NCBI RefSeq assembly: GCF_009914755.1
Contig: NC_060942.1
From: the human T2T-CHM13v2.0 reference genome, Homo sapiens
DNA length: 64,000 nucleotides
Direction: 5' to 3' (one strand)
Below the pieces are notes generated by a model, which did not search any database, was not told the DNA's origin, and saw only the letters and a program-made list of their open reading frames with translations. The number at the start of each line of letters is the position of its first letter. Within the stretch, counting starts at the first letter, position 1. Made by a program: the position numbers and the translations under genes. This document shows positions 37,915 through 52,375 of this stretch, in pieces.

Positions 37915-38820
37915 AAAAGACTTGAGTGTCTAAATCAATACTGATAAAATATCATTGGGTTTATGATATAAGTAGAAGTAAAATATGCAAGAACATACAA
38001 GAAGGTAGAGGGTAAATAGAATTACACTGTCGTGAAGTTAATTACATTGCTCAATTATTGTTATTTACAGATAGGCCATAATGATACATATAGTAATCTC
38101 TAAAACAACCACCAAAATAATACAAGGCATTACCTCAGAAATTCAATAGAGTAAATAAAAGAAGACAGGAAAAGAAAAACAGAGAAAAAAACAGAGGCTC
38201 AAATTGAGATATGTAAATAGTCTTAATATGACATTTAATATATGTTAATGGATGAGACACTCCAATTGAGAAGCAGAGTGCTCAGGCTGGATACAAAAGG
38301 GCAACATTCAACTATACACTTAAAAAAAACCCACTTTAAATAAAAGGGCACAGACACACTGAAAATAAAAGGGCGGAAAAGATACACCCCATAAACACAA
38401 TGCGTAAGAAATTAGTGGGGCTAGGTTGGTATCAAAGAATTGTCAGAAATAGAGACGTTTCATAATGGTAAAGGGATGAAGTTATCAAGATGTAACAGTC
38501 CTAAATGTTTACACATTAATAACAGAGCTTCAAAATACAGAAAGCAAAAACTGGTAGAACTACAAGGAGACACACACACACACAAAAAAACAATAATAGT
38601 TGGGGACTTTCACAAGTCTCTCTTAGTAATTGATAAACAGGTAAACACAAAACCAGCAAGTACATAAAAGAGCAGAACAACATGTCAGCCAACTTCACCT
38701 AATTGTCATGTACAATGTGCCAAACTCAACACCTGCAAAGTATACTTTCTTTTTGAGTAAAATATTCTATTCACCAGATTAGACCATACACAGGGCCTAA
38801 AACAAGTTCAATAACATGTT
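37915..38820 (+). mobile_element. L1ME continuation (inter-ORF region and ORF2 start)
   Basis: ORF 38440..38667 has endonuclease-like KTIIVGDF; L1M-like A-rich sequence. Confidence 0.65.
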
Positions 38821-39366
38821 ATACATAAAACAATTTTAAAAGTCATATGAATCAAATTTTTTATTGTTGAAAAATATGTATTGCATATATTTATTAAAAA
38901 ATAAAGATTTGGGCATATGTATAAGAGCAGAGCAGAAATTATATATAACAATTGGAGGGAGAAGATACCACTAGACATTGAGATGAAATGATTACCACAA
39001 TTGCATCTTGAAAGGGCTAATACTTCTAACAGTGAACACGAAAAGAAAAACTAACTTTTGCTATATAATGCTTTTTTTTAATAATAGAGAATGCATAACT
39101 TGATTTGCAAAATAAATTTTCTGAGACCTAATCATAAACATGTTTAGTGCAAAGTAATTTATAAAATGGAGTGACCGTATTTTCAAATATATTTTTACAA
39201 AATTTTGCAATTCTAAACTATACAAAGTTGGAGAAAAACCATTTAATTAACCTGATTGTATTATTTTATGTTAATTTGGTAGCCCAAATAAAAGGGGAGA
39301 CATATGTGTGTATTTTAAGCCTCTGCGTTAAATTAAGGTCATTCCCCTGAAGTTGCACTGCAGAAT

Positions 39367-39392
39367 TGTGTGTGTGTGTGTGTGTGTGTGTG
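39367..39392. repeat. (TG)n microsatellite
   Basis: Direct inspection. Confidence 0.95.
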
Positions 39393-39808
39393 CATGTGTC
39401 TGTTATACAATTGAATTTAACATAGCTTTATATCAACCATCTGTCTGTCTTTGAAGGCATTCAGTATGCCTCCCTTACATTTATAATGATGTGCTTTTAG
39501 TTCATTCACATAAAGGGATGCATGTTAGTGAAATATGCATTCTTTCAAGTCAGAGCTCATTGGTTCAGCCACCACCTCTACTATCCACACTGTGACACTT
39601 CAGCAAGTTTTGGGTACACAGTTTTGTTAAAGAGAAAGATAAGAGTCTGCACTTGGTAGTATTATATTAAGATTTTATTATATTAAGATTTAATTAACAC
39701 AGTTTTACATAATATGCACTTCTTGAGTTATAAAATATATGAATACATTTATACAACTAGAAACAGTGAAATAAAAATCAAATCTAATGAGCAAGATTAG
39801 GAGAATTG

Positions 39809-40108
39809 GGCTGGTTGCAGTAGCTCACACCTGTAATCCCAACACTTCGAGAGGCCAAGGAGGGAGGATCACTTGACCCAAGAGTTTGATACCAGCCTGG
39901 GTAACATGATGAAACCCTATCACTACAAAAAATTAGCCAGGCTTGGTGGAGCATGCCTGTAGCCACAGCTACCCACGAGGCTAAGGTGGGAGGATCACCT
40001 GAGCCTGGGAGGTCGAGGCTCCAAGGACCCATGATCACATCACTGCACTCCAGCCTGGGTGGTAGAGTGAGACCCTGTCTCAAAACAAACAAACAAACAA
40101 ACAAAACA
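39809..40108 (+). mobile_element. AluJ, full length, with (CAAA)n tail
   Basis: AluJ diagnostics (ggaggatcac, gaggtcgaggct, gaccctgtctc); perfect 16-bp TSD aagattaggagaattg at 39793-39808 and 40109-40124. Confidence 0.93.
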
Positions 40109-41626
40109 AAGATTAGGAGAATTGTATATTCATACAATTGAATATTATGTAACCAGGAAAAATCATGGTTTTGGAGAATCATTACTGATGAGAAAAATGC
40201 CAATAAAAAAATTAGTACACAGAGTTATAAACTTTTAATGTATGTACCTATGGACTCCAGATGTGTCCAAGCTTATCCAGCATGCACATTCGAATATTGG
40301 TAAGGTGTGGATATCTGCAATACATCAGAGTTTAATAAAAAAGAGCAATGACAAAGAAAATTTAATTAACAATTCGTTGGAAATTGTCTTCCAACATTTC
40401 TGCAATTGAAATTGTTTCATTGTTTTAATTATCAGTAAAAGAGCGGCATTTTCTTTCTAAGTAAATTAAACTTTCACAATATAAAATGTTGTTCAACTTT
40501 TAAAAAATTAACATTGCTTAGTTTACAATTCTATACACAAAAGCATTGTTTTCTAACAAACTTGCATACATTGTAAGATTTAGACATGTCTTTTAGAATA
40601 CGAATCCTCCACTCATATCTTAGCAAGATAATTGATAGTATATGATGAGTATTAAAATGAACTTCTGGGTTGATATAAAAAGACAGCCATTTAAGGCTCC
40701 ATTTGAGTTTTCATTATTTATGTCCGATTTAAAATGTGATCAAATGAGAACTTGTAGTCCCCAACCTGGCTGAGTTGCAGCTGACTGTGGTCCACTTAAA
40801 TAAAGCTTTTACCAAATGTCAGAACCATTGTGCATATTAATTAGAATATGAGTGGCTTATTTGAGGACTATTTCAGGACTGTCTCCAGAAAGGATAATTC
40901 ATGATTCTTTAAGACCAGAGTGTACGCCATTCGAACAATAACATTAAGAAGGATCATTTTTTTATCTAGCTGCCTCATTGTACTGGCTGGAACAGACACT
41001 TCTAATACAATGTTCAGTTTAAGGTCAGAAGAATAATGTTAATCTTGGTAGAGCTTACCAACTCTTATGTATTGCATTAAGAAGAAGGTGATAAAGAAAC
41101 TAACATGTAAAGAAAACAGGAAAGGGCTAAAGAGATGTTAATTAACATAATTCTTATCCTATGATGTTATTTCTACTATTCCATTAAAGAAACAACCTGT
41201 TGGAAGGAAGTAATGGATCACTGCAGTTTTACTATTTTCTTCTAGTTGATTGAGTAAATCCTCGATATTGCTCAGTTAATCAGTTTCAAACTTTATCCTT
41301 TACCAAATTAGTCAAGTACAGTCATTTTTTTCTTTCCTAACATCTCCCAAACCCATATGTTATTTCTACTACTACTAACACTATGCTGGATTTATTATCT
41401 TCAGCCTAACTATTGTTATACTTCCCTATGTTGTCCCTAGCCTTTAGTGTAGCTATATGCTAATTTATCTTATAGAGCTGAAGTCACTTTCATTCATCAT
41501 TTTCTTTTCAACAACTTTTACCGATTCTCTGTTATCTATAGATTTAAGTTCAATAGCAACTATAAAGTGATGTCTACACTCAACTCCAATTCCTACCACC
41601 CATCGTATACTAGACTATTCTTTTTA

Positions 41627-42149
41627 CAGTAGTCTCCCCTTAATCATGAGAGATACATTTCAGGACCCCCAGTGGATGCTTGAAATCATGGATCATATTA
41701 AATCCAAGACCAATATATACATACTTATGATAAAGTTTAATTTATAAATTAGGCACAGTAAGATATTAAAAACAATAATTAATAATAAAATAGAACAGTG
41801 ACAGCAACATGCCAGCATCACTATTCTTACACTTTGGGGACATAATTAAGTCAAATAAAGGTGACTTGAACACAAACACTACAATATTGTGACAGTCGAT
41901 CTGATCATCTAGACAGCTACTAAGTGACAAGTGGCCAAGCAGTGTAGACAGCATGGATAGACTGAATCAAGGGATGATTCACATCCCAGGTAGAACAAAG
42001 TAGGAAGACGCGATGTCATGCTACTCAAAACAGTATGCAATTGAAAACTTATAAATTATTTCTGAACTTTTCTGTTTAATATTTTTAGACCACGGTTGGC
42101 TGCTGATAAACTACAGAAAGTGAAACTGTGGATAAGGGGGGAGCTACTG
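41627..42149. mobile_element. MER44 (Tigger7-derived) DNA transposon
   Basis: TIRs cagtagtctcccctt ... gataaggggggagctactg; TA on the left side; cccccagtggatgcttgaaa. Confidence 0.85.
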
Positions 42150-42959
42150 CACTGCTCTTGGAGAACGTTGTGAATTCTTATACCTTGTTTCTAACTAATT
42201 TTATTATCTTCAAAGATTCAGCAGTTTTATTTTTATCTAGCCCTTAAGAATCAGGTTACATTTCATGTCTTCAGTGAGGTATTCCCTGACCACAGTAACC
42301 CAAATTAATTGACATTGATATCTTTTCTCCTGATACAGATCATCTGGGGATTCTGTATCTTTATAGTATATATATTATAATTCACAATTAGATTAAGAAT
42401 GTCTTGAGGGCAGTTATTTCTTTTAATATTTTGATGAATAATAGAGGTAAACATCATGAGACAAACAAATACCTGTGGGTGGTATTATTATCATTTTTCT
42501 TTATTTGCTTATTTGGCTATAAATTTGTTAATTTGCATAGCAGCAGAATTATTGTTAAAAAGAAAGAATGGAAGGAGGGACTCCTTTCTCAGTTTCAGAA
42601 AGGTAGTAACAATAACCTTGATTATTAGGAGTTTAAAGCAGAGGCCAACAAAAACACACTCATCACTAGCATGTCGGTATTATACTTAATGTAAATGTGA
42701 CTAGTCTTTTCTTATTCATTTTTTCCAGATTTCTTTTTTATTTTCATTTATTAAATACAGAAGAAATATTTCGCTGAAGACACAGGAAACCCTATTTTGT
42801 ATAAACGAGGGATTGCAAGAGATTGTTGGAAGATCAAAGATGGGTGAATTGGAGGTAGGTCAATGTTTCCTTCCCTTCTTAGACTCCAGTTCTCTTTAAA
42901 AATGGCAACTGAAAACCTAAATACTGACAAAGGCATAAAAATCACCATATAATATCAAA

Positions 42960-43085
42960 TATAGCTATATACTAAACTTTATGAGGTCAAAGACTTTGTC
43001 CATCCACTCAGTACTGTATACTCAATATCTAAGACAATTCCTGACACATAGTAGGCATTCTTGAGCATTTGCTGATTGAACGAAG
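42960..43085 (+). mobile_element. L2 3' end
   Basis: ttcctgacacatagtaggcattc...tttgctgattgaacgaa. Confidence 0.6.
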
Positions 43086-46000
43086 GATTATTCATACTTT
43101 TAATCTTTGGCTGAAATTATTTTTATGATAAATTTCATTAAAATTTATTGAGATTTTAGAGAAAATGTTCTATGTAGAATTTTCTTAATTGCTTTTATTT
43201 TTATAGTTGAAAACTGGCCATGGTAGACTTTTCTTTTCCCCTCTGTCAATCACAATGATTGGTTACCGGTCACAGCAAGATGATAATGGGCTTTTAGTAT
43301 CCTCTTTGTGCAACTGTCATATTTTCCCCCTTTGGCTTATGTGCTTAATTTTTCATTAATTCTTCTTTCCTGAAATGTAAATATTTTTGCTTAGTAATCA
43401 TTATAGAAAACAGTAGAGAGGGGAGGAGAAAACAGTACGTTGTTCAAATCATCAAATTCTTAATACCACCTTAGGGCAACAGAAGAATGGCAGTTGTTAC
43501 TGAATTATGTAACTGAAAGGGAACAAAGGCATTAAAAGAAAGGCTCCATAATGAATCTTCTGGCAGGTTTCAGAGAAAGAAGCAGCTGGGTCTTCATGGC
43601 AAGAAAACATAGTGGAACCTATTGGTAAAATATGGTGATGAGTGCTTTCAACATATAAAGTGCCTAAAGATATTTAACAAGATGATATAATGGCCTGAAA
43701 GACTATATATTTATAAATTGACAACAATAGCCATATTTTAAATGTTACCTCTCATTTAGGACCTAAAATTGCATCATGGGAAACATTATTTCTCTATTTA
43801 TAAATTTTGCTAAAACATTTTTTGGAAGGACTTTAGGATTTTTTTTAAACAAAGAGTGAAAATTTCAGGAGCTTGATATCATTTGAGTCTAATGCAATAA
43901 TCTGCATATCTTGGCACTATTATGAAAAATGAAAACAAAGATAAGCTTACAAATGTAAATGCTAGAGCTAATGATTGTGACACAAATATACTATGGAAAC
44001 AGCATGGCTCAGTAACTAGGCAACAGATTAGAAACTCAGGTTTAATATCTAATTCTGATTTTCCCCCTGGTTTTTAGCTTTGTGTCTTATCAGCAATGTA
44101 TTTAATATGTTGACTTATATAGGTGAAGGATAAAAATGGTGCAAATAAGCCAAAATAGCAAATAACTTCCCATTCTTATTTAACTTTGAAATGTCCCAGG
44201 TTTTACATTTGAAGAGCGTAAGAGAGCTATGTAAGAGTATCACAACACTTCACAATAAATGATGAAATCACAGTCAAGACATATAAGATGTTTTGAAAAG
44301 CTATGTCTTTTTACTACATTGCCCAATCCATCCTTGAAACAGTGCTACCTATTTGACTTAACTAAGTGCCAACCTACATGGAAGAAGGTGATGTCTTTTT
44401 CTATGTTGTCTGACTCTGGTTCAAACAGTCCCAACCTGAAAAAAATATATGTAATTTTCAAACAGAAAAAAGAAATCTTCAAGCTGTGTACCTTATCTGT
44501 TCTAGTCAGAATGAAATGGTGACTATGCCAAAAAAAAATTGTAGCAGATAATGTGATAATGTCATTAAAATGTTAACAACACAGTTTCCATAGATGAACA
44601 CATGTACAATCCTGTTTTTCTTAGATTTCTCCATGTGGAAAATGAGAAACAGGACTAGGTAAAACAACAACAAAAAACCTCACCATGAGCTAAGGTTTTA
44701 GTCCTTCATATGCTAGCAGAATGCCTCAAAATATCAAGTCTTCTACTCCATTGCCAAAACCTTCATATCTCTACAAAAACTAAAACGCAGTGGTATGATA
44801 TTTGCAATCAAGCTTTCTGGATACAACAGTGGTATTTCATAGTTTCCGCTAATGTCACTATTTGCTGCCAAGAATTGGAGCCATTGAACCATTTAATGCA
44901 TCCAGGCATTATTTTGTGAAAGTTTAACAATTTCAACATTATAAACTGACTTAATATGACCTAATATAAACTAATATTGGTTGGGTAGGTATCATACACT
45001 GACATATAAGGTCAACAACAGTGATATTTTGGATCCAGATTCTAACCTCTAATAGATTATAGATGTAAGGTAGTACATTACTCTAAAAGAACAAACAGTA
45101 AGGTTGGAGAAAATCGGTTTGTTTTCTTTGTTAAATCCTATATTTTATCAGTTCATTGTTTTCAATAAACATATCTGTATTGATACCAGTCACTGAGCTT
45201 AAAGCAGATTTCAGGATAAATGATCTAGATATAGAAACTTCAAAGAAGGAGGTCTCAGGAAAATGCAGTGAGACGTTTAAATAATATAATACAATGGATT
45301 AAATGCTATAATTGAATATTTTTAAATATAGCAGAAAAAGGGAGGAAGTAAGTAACTAGATATTAGAAATGGGATAAAGCGTCACTGGGGAGGAAGCAAT
45401 TTAACTAACTCATAGAATCAGAAAAGTCAGGACCAAACAGATAACATCAGTAAAGGAAAGAAAATAATACACAAGAGAAACAGTAAATGGGCAGAGAATA
45501 ATGCTGGGTTTTGATGCTGTTTTACTTGAATTTTTATTTTTTCATGGGAGAAGAAACACAAAAAAAGCAAGAGAACCAAGGGTTGTGAAATGCAAGAGCT
45601 GAGATATAAGTTCAGAGAAGGAAAAACTTAAGAACGACTAAAGCCACATTTGAGGCTGCCGAGGGATACTTTGTTCCAGGAATCAGGCCACATACAGAAA
45701 TACAGAGTGAAGATGTGGGGAGAGGACTTATGACAGAATCATAATTAAGACGCAATTCATAATTAAGACATGAATCTCGACAGAAGGAGTTGATCCGGAA
45801 ACTTTATCCTGACTTGTAGATGCTTCAAGTTGAGAGGTTCTGTAAAACACTTGGTAAATAACAAAGGCTCCAGACATTCAAAAGGATATTCGTAGAATAG
45901 GAATCTAAAATACCAAACAGTAGAAAACACAGTAAGGAACATTAACAAAAGAAGAAGCTGCCAAACACATGTACTCTAAAAGTACATAATTCCAATGTTG

Positions 46001-48039
46001 CTATTTCTGATGAGCCCTAAATTCCTTTGGTTCGTACCTTGACATTTAGAGTGTTTTTAGATCTTCACCAAGCCCTAACTGCTTCAGTGACTAAAGCTCT
46101 AATTCTGCAGAATTTATAGCCTTAATGCTGTGTCATATTCTGGAGCCACTTCATTTCACCTGTCTGACCGCCTGGGTCTCAGGTCAACCACGCACAAGCT
46201 GGGGGCAAGCCTCAGCACAGAGTTCCTAATGTGGCTCAAGACAGGCTGCTGGAGTTCAATAAATATTGATTGATGGTAATAGGGACAGTATCACTCTCCT
46301 TAGATATGTTGTCACTCTGCCTTCAGGAAAACACTGAGAGTCTGTGCTATTCAGGGCAGTTTCTATGGCAGCAGAAATTAAAGGCCAGCAAACTTGAAGC
46401 TACACAAAAGTCGTGGGACAACATCATTCTGAATCTTGCATCATTCATGACTGTTTGTATTGTCTCAGCACCAAGAACAGACAAGAATGTTCAATAAGTC
46501 TGCATTGTGAACAGTGAAACTGTGACAGCGATGTCATGTTTTTCATAGAACAGACTATTTCCAAGCTAAGGTATAGATTTTTGGAGTGGGGACGAGTGAG
46601 GCATAGTCCCTTCTCGTGTTTTAGCTTCAGTCCACAGAGGGGAGAACTTTTTTGGATCTCTTGAGGCAATATTACAGAGAACATGTCTACTTTGCTCTTA
46701 GTACACATATTTGCACCTCCTGAGGCCTCTAAGTGGCCAATTTTATTGAATAGATTTTGTTCTAATTATTGAACTGCATTACTAGGGGGTGAGATACCAT
46801 CCTCTCAAAGGCACCTGTAATGCTCAGTTTCTTCTCCAGCATGTTCCTGGTTAAGAATTACTTACAGATTCCTAGAATCTATGGGCTCGTAAAGAATGGT
46901 TTCTTGGAAAATATCACATAAGCTATAGTATAAAATGGAGATGTTTCATAAACTAAACTCTCTCTGCTTTGTGTGTTAGTCTCACAAAACCTTGCTTGAA
47001 GGTCCCATCTATTATTTTGAATCAGAGTGGCTGTTTTATAATATATAGTGATATACCCAAAGTTTCTCTCATGTTTTTCTCAGTTTCTTTGGTCTCTAAA
47101 AGATATCTTGGAATCAGAACTGCCTCCACAAATTGGGAATAAAAGAACTAAAGTGATTCAGAAGCTTATGTCTTTGTTGGTTGGTTTGTTCTCCTGCTTT
47201 TTACTTAGTCTAAAAAAAAAAAGCAAAGCAAAACAAAACAAAGAAATCTAAGAATGGAAAGTAAGCATTCAGGCACAAAAATAGATAAGATTTCTGTTTT
47301 CAAGAAGGATGTTGATACCTTTGCTCCAACTTTTAAAATAAATATCATAAGAGAAGGATTTATAATAATTAATTTTAATTTCAAGCTATGTTTAATAGAT
47401 GTATACACATATATACACACTTATACACATGAATGCCTTTGAGTCACAGAAAATATGACAAGTAAAAGTGTATGTAATACAGATGACAAAAGAGTGCACT
47501 TGGACCTTTATTAATTCTGAGTGAGGGGTCTTAGGTCCCTGGAAATAGGGAAGGCAGAATACATGCAGCAAAGGATCTAAAAAGAAAACGAAAACATCCA
47601 CATGGACATCCTAGGTAAGAACCTAAAATTCTAACCAATGCAAAGAGCAAAAATATTTCTAATCAGGCACTGTGTTTAGTCTTCTACTTTGCTATTTATA
47701 TTTATTACCAGAACTCTTGAAATATAAACTGCTGAAAGATTTCTAATGGCTAATTTTTCTCTTCTCACCTCGGGGGAATTAAGTTGATATCTGGAATGCA
47801 AAGGAGACTATCAGCACAACCTCTGCCCCTAACACATCTACCTACACCCCCCTCCACACACACATATGTGCAGTTATCAGAAGACTCAGAAACACTTTCA
47901 GCAAGGGTTCCATCCATATGACTGCTCATCTGTAGGAAAAATCACTGCTGTAGACAGTAGCTAGAGGCATATTATGTGGACGTGAGCAAGGAGAAAACCC
48001 TATTATCTAGAGCTCAACTTCCATATAACAGATGGATAT

Positions 48040-48470
48040 TGCTATAATCTGAATATATCTCCTAAAATTCATATGTTGATACATAATCCTGAATGTGATA
48101 GTATTAAGAGCTGGGGCCTTTAGGAGATAATTAAGTCATTATGATGGAGCCCTTATAAATGAAATTAGTTACCTTATAAAAGAGATTGAAGGGAGAACCC
48201 TAAAGTTCCACTGGCCATTCCATCTATCTCTTCTGCCATGAGAAGAGGCAGAATCCCTCTTTTTTATTGCCCTTCCCCCTTTTGTCATGTGAGGATGCTG
48301 CCTGGAGAGGATGCCATCAATGGAAAAAGCCCTTACCAGACCACTAAACATGCTGGTGCCTTCATCCTGGACTTCCCAGCCTCCAGTACTATAGGAAATA
48401 AAGTTATGTTCCTTATAAATATCCAGACTGTGTTCTTTTTTTGTTACAGTAGCACAAACAGACTAAGACA
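48040..48470 (+). mobile_element. MaLR solo LTR (MST/MLT1A-like)
   Basis: tgctataatctgaat...ggggcctttaggag...ggacttcccagcctccag...aataaa...gactaagaca. Confidence 0.85.
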
Positions 48471-48569
48471 CATGTTAAATGAAATACTGTCCTCTTCAAA
48501 TTGTACTCCTTTCAATTATCACATTTTTCAAAGCATAATCGGAAAAGAAGTGTAGGGAAAAAAGAAAAC

Positions 48570-49000
48570 GAGCATTAATAAAATGTCTGCTACTTGCCAG
48601 ATACTATACTAGACATGTTCAGTATGTTATCACACTTAATAACCCAACTTTGTCAGATTTCTCTTCTTATTCCCTTTTTGCATATGAGGCAAAGTGAGAT
48701 AAAGTAACTTACCTAAGATTAAAAAAACTTATAAATGGAAATGTGGATATTTGACCTTATTTATCTTTCATTGTAGACGAAGCACACAACACCAAAAAAT
48801 AAAACCCACCTAGCACTCATTCAAATCTATAATAAATAAATTGCATTTTATCCTCACAACAATGCAGTGAATAAGTATTAATACTTTCCACTTTATAGAA
48901 GAGAAAAATAAAGGGAAAAATAATAACCAATTGCACATAATTTAAATGGTTGGAGCCAAGATAGAAACTCATCTGTATAATTCCAAACTCTAAGGGCTGA
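48570..49000 (-). mobile_element. Two MIR fragments (~48570-48780 and ~48830-49000)
   Basis: ctacttgccagatact...aagtaacttacctaag; ttttatcctcacaac...ccactttatag. Confidence 0.55.
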
Positions 49001-49187
49001 CGGTAGCACCCCCCACTCTCCATACTTATGATTTTTGTCTGGATACATTTACTCACACTGGGACTTGCTGGATGGGTAGCTTTAACTCCTTGGGGTCGTA
49101 GACTAACTAAATAGGACCAGCTCAGAAAATATAACATCTATTGACCTCAGAATTTCAGCATCATGATAGGGCATTAAAAAGCCTGTC

Positions 49188-49720
49188 TGTTACGGGTTCT
49201 CGGGGACAAAACTGTAGCTCAAAAAATTAGGGTCTAATGACATGTTGCAATAAAGGAGAGCACAGAAAAAGAAACTTAGAATACCTCTCTCCAACAAAGA
49301 ACTCTATCAGGTTCTTATAGGAATAGGGGGAGGGGAAGGTGATGGAAAAGTGAGGAGTTTAGGTCATTATATTAGGCAGTATTTGGCTTAAAATAAAGCA
49401 GGTCTGTGTGTAAAGAGGTTAATTTCAGTCTTTGGCTGAAAGGCAGGTTCAAGTCTATGGTTCTGTGGAAAACACAATGGTGAGATAAATATGAAATGCT
49501 GTGTCCATAAATCACTTATCTGGAACTCTGCAAGACTGCCTCTATGCACCAGAGACTCATATCATTCAAGCAAGAGTAGGCTGTCCCATTCTTAGTGAAT
49601 TGGCATCAAACATCAAAGTTTCTGACAGTCTATGGTTTTAAGATTTGCAGAACTAAGTCCTTTTCTTAATGAACAAATGAGGATTTTACTGATTTACAAG
49701 GTAGAGCATGCAACTTCTCA
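49188..49720 (-). mobile_element. Probable old ERV1-type LTR (family uncertain)
   Basis: Starts tgttacgg; LTR-like composition; no firm family match recalled. Confidence 0.35.
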
Positions 49721-49758
49721 AACTTAGTTGAAACTGCATTTTTATCAAGACCTATATA

Positions 49759-52375
49759 CAGGCATATCTCACAGATAATGTGAGTTCAGATACAGAAAAC
49801 CACAATAAAGCAAATATCACAATAAAGCAAGTCACACAAAATTTTTGGTTTCCCAGGGCACATAGAAGTTATGTTTACATTATTCTATAATCTGTTAAGT
49901 GTGTAATAACTTATGTCCAAAAAAAGAATGTATATACTTAAATTTAAAATACTTTATTTCTAAAAAAAATGCTAACAATCATCTGAGCTTTTGGTGAGTT
50001 GCAATCTTTTTGCTGGTGGAGGGCCTTGCCTGGATGTTGATGGCTGGTGACTGATCAGGATGGGGTTGCTGAAGACTGGATTGGCATGGCAATTTCTTAA
50101 AATGACACAGTGAAGTTTGCCAGATCAATTAACTTTTCCTTTCACGAAAGATTTTTCTGTACCATGCGATGCTGTTTGATAGCATTTTATTCACAGTAGA
50201 ACTTTTTTTCAAAAGTGAAGTCAATCCTGAAACCCTGCCACTGCTTTATCAACTACAATGATGTAATATTCTAGATTTTCTGTTGCCATTTCAACAAAGT
50301 TCACAGTGTCTTCACCAGGAGTAGATTTATGGCTAGCCAGTTATCCCAGCACCATTTACTGAAGAAGGAGTCCTTTCCCCATTGCTTGTTTTTTTTCAGC
50401 TTTGTCCAAGATCAGTTGGTGGGTGTGGCCTTATTTCTGGGTTCTCTTTTCTGTTCCATTGGTCTATGTGTCTGTTTTTCTACCAATACCTTGATATTTT
50501 TGTTACTGTAACCCTGTAGAATAGTTTGATGTCAGGTAACATGATGTCTCCAGCTTTGTTCTTTTTGCTCAGGATTGTCTTGGCTATTCAGGCTCTTTTT
50601 GGGTTCCATATGGATTTTAAAATAGTTTTCTCTACTTATTTGAAGAATGTTATTGGTAGTTTGATAGGAATAGCATTGAATTTGTAAATTGCTTTGGGCA
50701 GTATGTCCATTTTAATGATATTGATTCTTCCTATTCATGTGCATGGGATGTTATTCAATTTGTTTGTGTCATCTCTGATTTCTTTGAGCAGTGTTTTGTC
50801 ATTCTCCTTGTAGAGATCTTTTACCTCTCTAGTTAGTCGTATTCCTAGGTATTTTATTCTTTTTGTGGCAATTGTGAATGGGACTGCATTCCTGATTTGG
50901 CTGTCAGCTTGGTTGATGTTGGTGTATAGGGATACTAATGATTTTTGTATATTGATTTTGTATCCTGATACTTTGCTAAAGTTGTTTATCAGCTGAAGGA
51001 GCTTTTGGGTGGAGATGATGGTGTTTTCTAGATATAGAATCATGTTGTCTCCAAACAGGGATATTTTACTTCCTCTCTCCCTATTTGGATGCTCTCTCTT
51101 TCTTTCTCTTGCCTGATTGCTTCCAGAAGATTTTCAATAGACTGTTTAGTTCTATCAGATAAATCACTTATCTGTGGCAGGTATACCCTTACAAAATATA
51201 TTTCTTAAATAATAACTCTTGAAAGTCAAACTACTCCTTGATCCATGTACTGCAGAATGGATGTTGTGTTAGCAGACATGGAAACAACATTAATCTCTCT
51301 GTACATCTTTACCAGAGCTCTTGGGTGACTGTGTACACTGTCAGTTAGTAGTAATATTTTGAAGAGAAGTAGTTCTCAACGGTGGGCTTAAAACATTCAG
51401 GAAACCACTCTTTAAGCTGTTTGTTATCCAGGCTTTGTTGTTCCATTTATACAGTACAGGCAGAGTAGATTTAGCATAATTTTAAGAGTTCTAGGATGTT
51501 TAGAATGGTAAATAAGCACTGGCTTCAACCTCAAGTCACCGGCTACATTAGCTCCCAACAAGAAAGTCGGGTGTGCTTTGATGTTTTGAACCCGGGCATT
51601 AACTTCTCCTCTCTAGCTAGAGAGTCCTAGAATGTCTAGATGGCATCTTCTTCCAAAATAAGGCTATTTCATCTACATTGATAATGTATTGCTTAGTGTA
51701 GTCACCTTTGTTAATTATCTTAGCTAGATCTTCTGGATAACTTGTTGCAGCTTCTATATCAGCACTTGCTCCTTCACCTTACACATTTGTGTTGTGGAGA
51801 TAAATTCTTCCCTTAACCATTATGAATCAATTTCTGTTAGCTTCAAAATTTTCTCCTGCAGCTTCCTCACCTCTCTCAGACTTCAGAGAATTGAAGAGAG
51901 TTAGGGTCTTGCTGTGCATTGGGCTTTGGCTTAAGGGAATGTTATGGCTGGTTGATCTTCTATCCAGACCATTCAGACTTTCTCCTTAGCAGCAATAAGG
52001 CTATTTTGCATTCTCATCATTTGTGTGTTCACTGAAGTAGTGCTTTTAATTTCCTTCAAGAACTTTCCCTTTGCATTCACAGCTTGGCTAACCGGTTTGC
52101 ACAAGAGGCCAAGCTTTGACCTATCTCACCTTTAAATATCTCTTCCTCACTAAGTTTTATCATTTCTAGTTTTGGGTGTAAAGTGAGATAAATAACTCTT
52201 CCATTCACTTGAACACTTAGAGGCCATTGTAGGGTTATTATGTGGCTTTATCTTAATATTGCTGTGTCTCAGGGGATAGGGAGGCCTGAGGAGAGGGAGA
52301 GAGATGGGGAAACAAACTGGTCAGTGGAGCAGTCAGAATAAACACATCATTTATTGATTAAGTTCACTTTCTTAC
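49759..52375 (-). mobile_element. Tigger1 DNA transposon (transposase relic), interrupted at 50329-51120
   Basis: TA then caggcatatctc TIR; antisense transposase N-terminal region at ~52000-52230 (cacttgaacacttagaggccattgta). Confidence 0.9.
50329..51120 (-). mobile_element. Internal L1 ORF2 fragment (L1PA/PB-like), no 3'UTR or poly-A
   Basis: ORF 50735..51043 MILYLEN...[14 protein letters not shown] (RT region); abrupt ends, no TSD seen. Confidence 0.9.
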
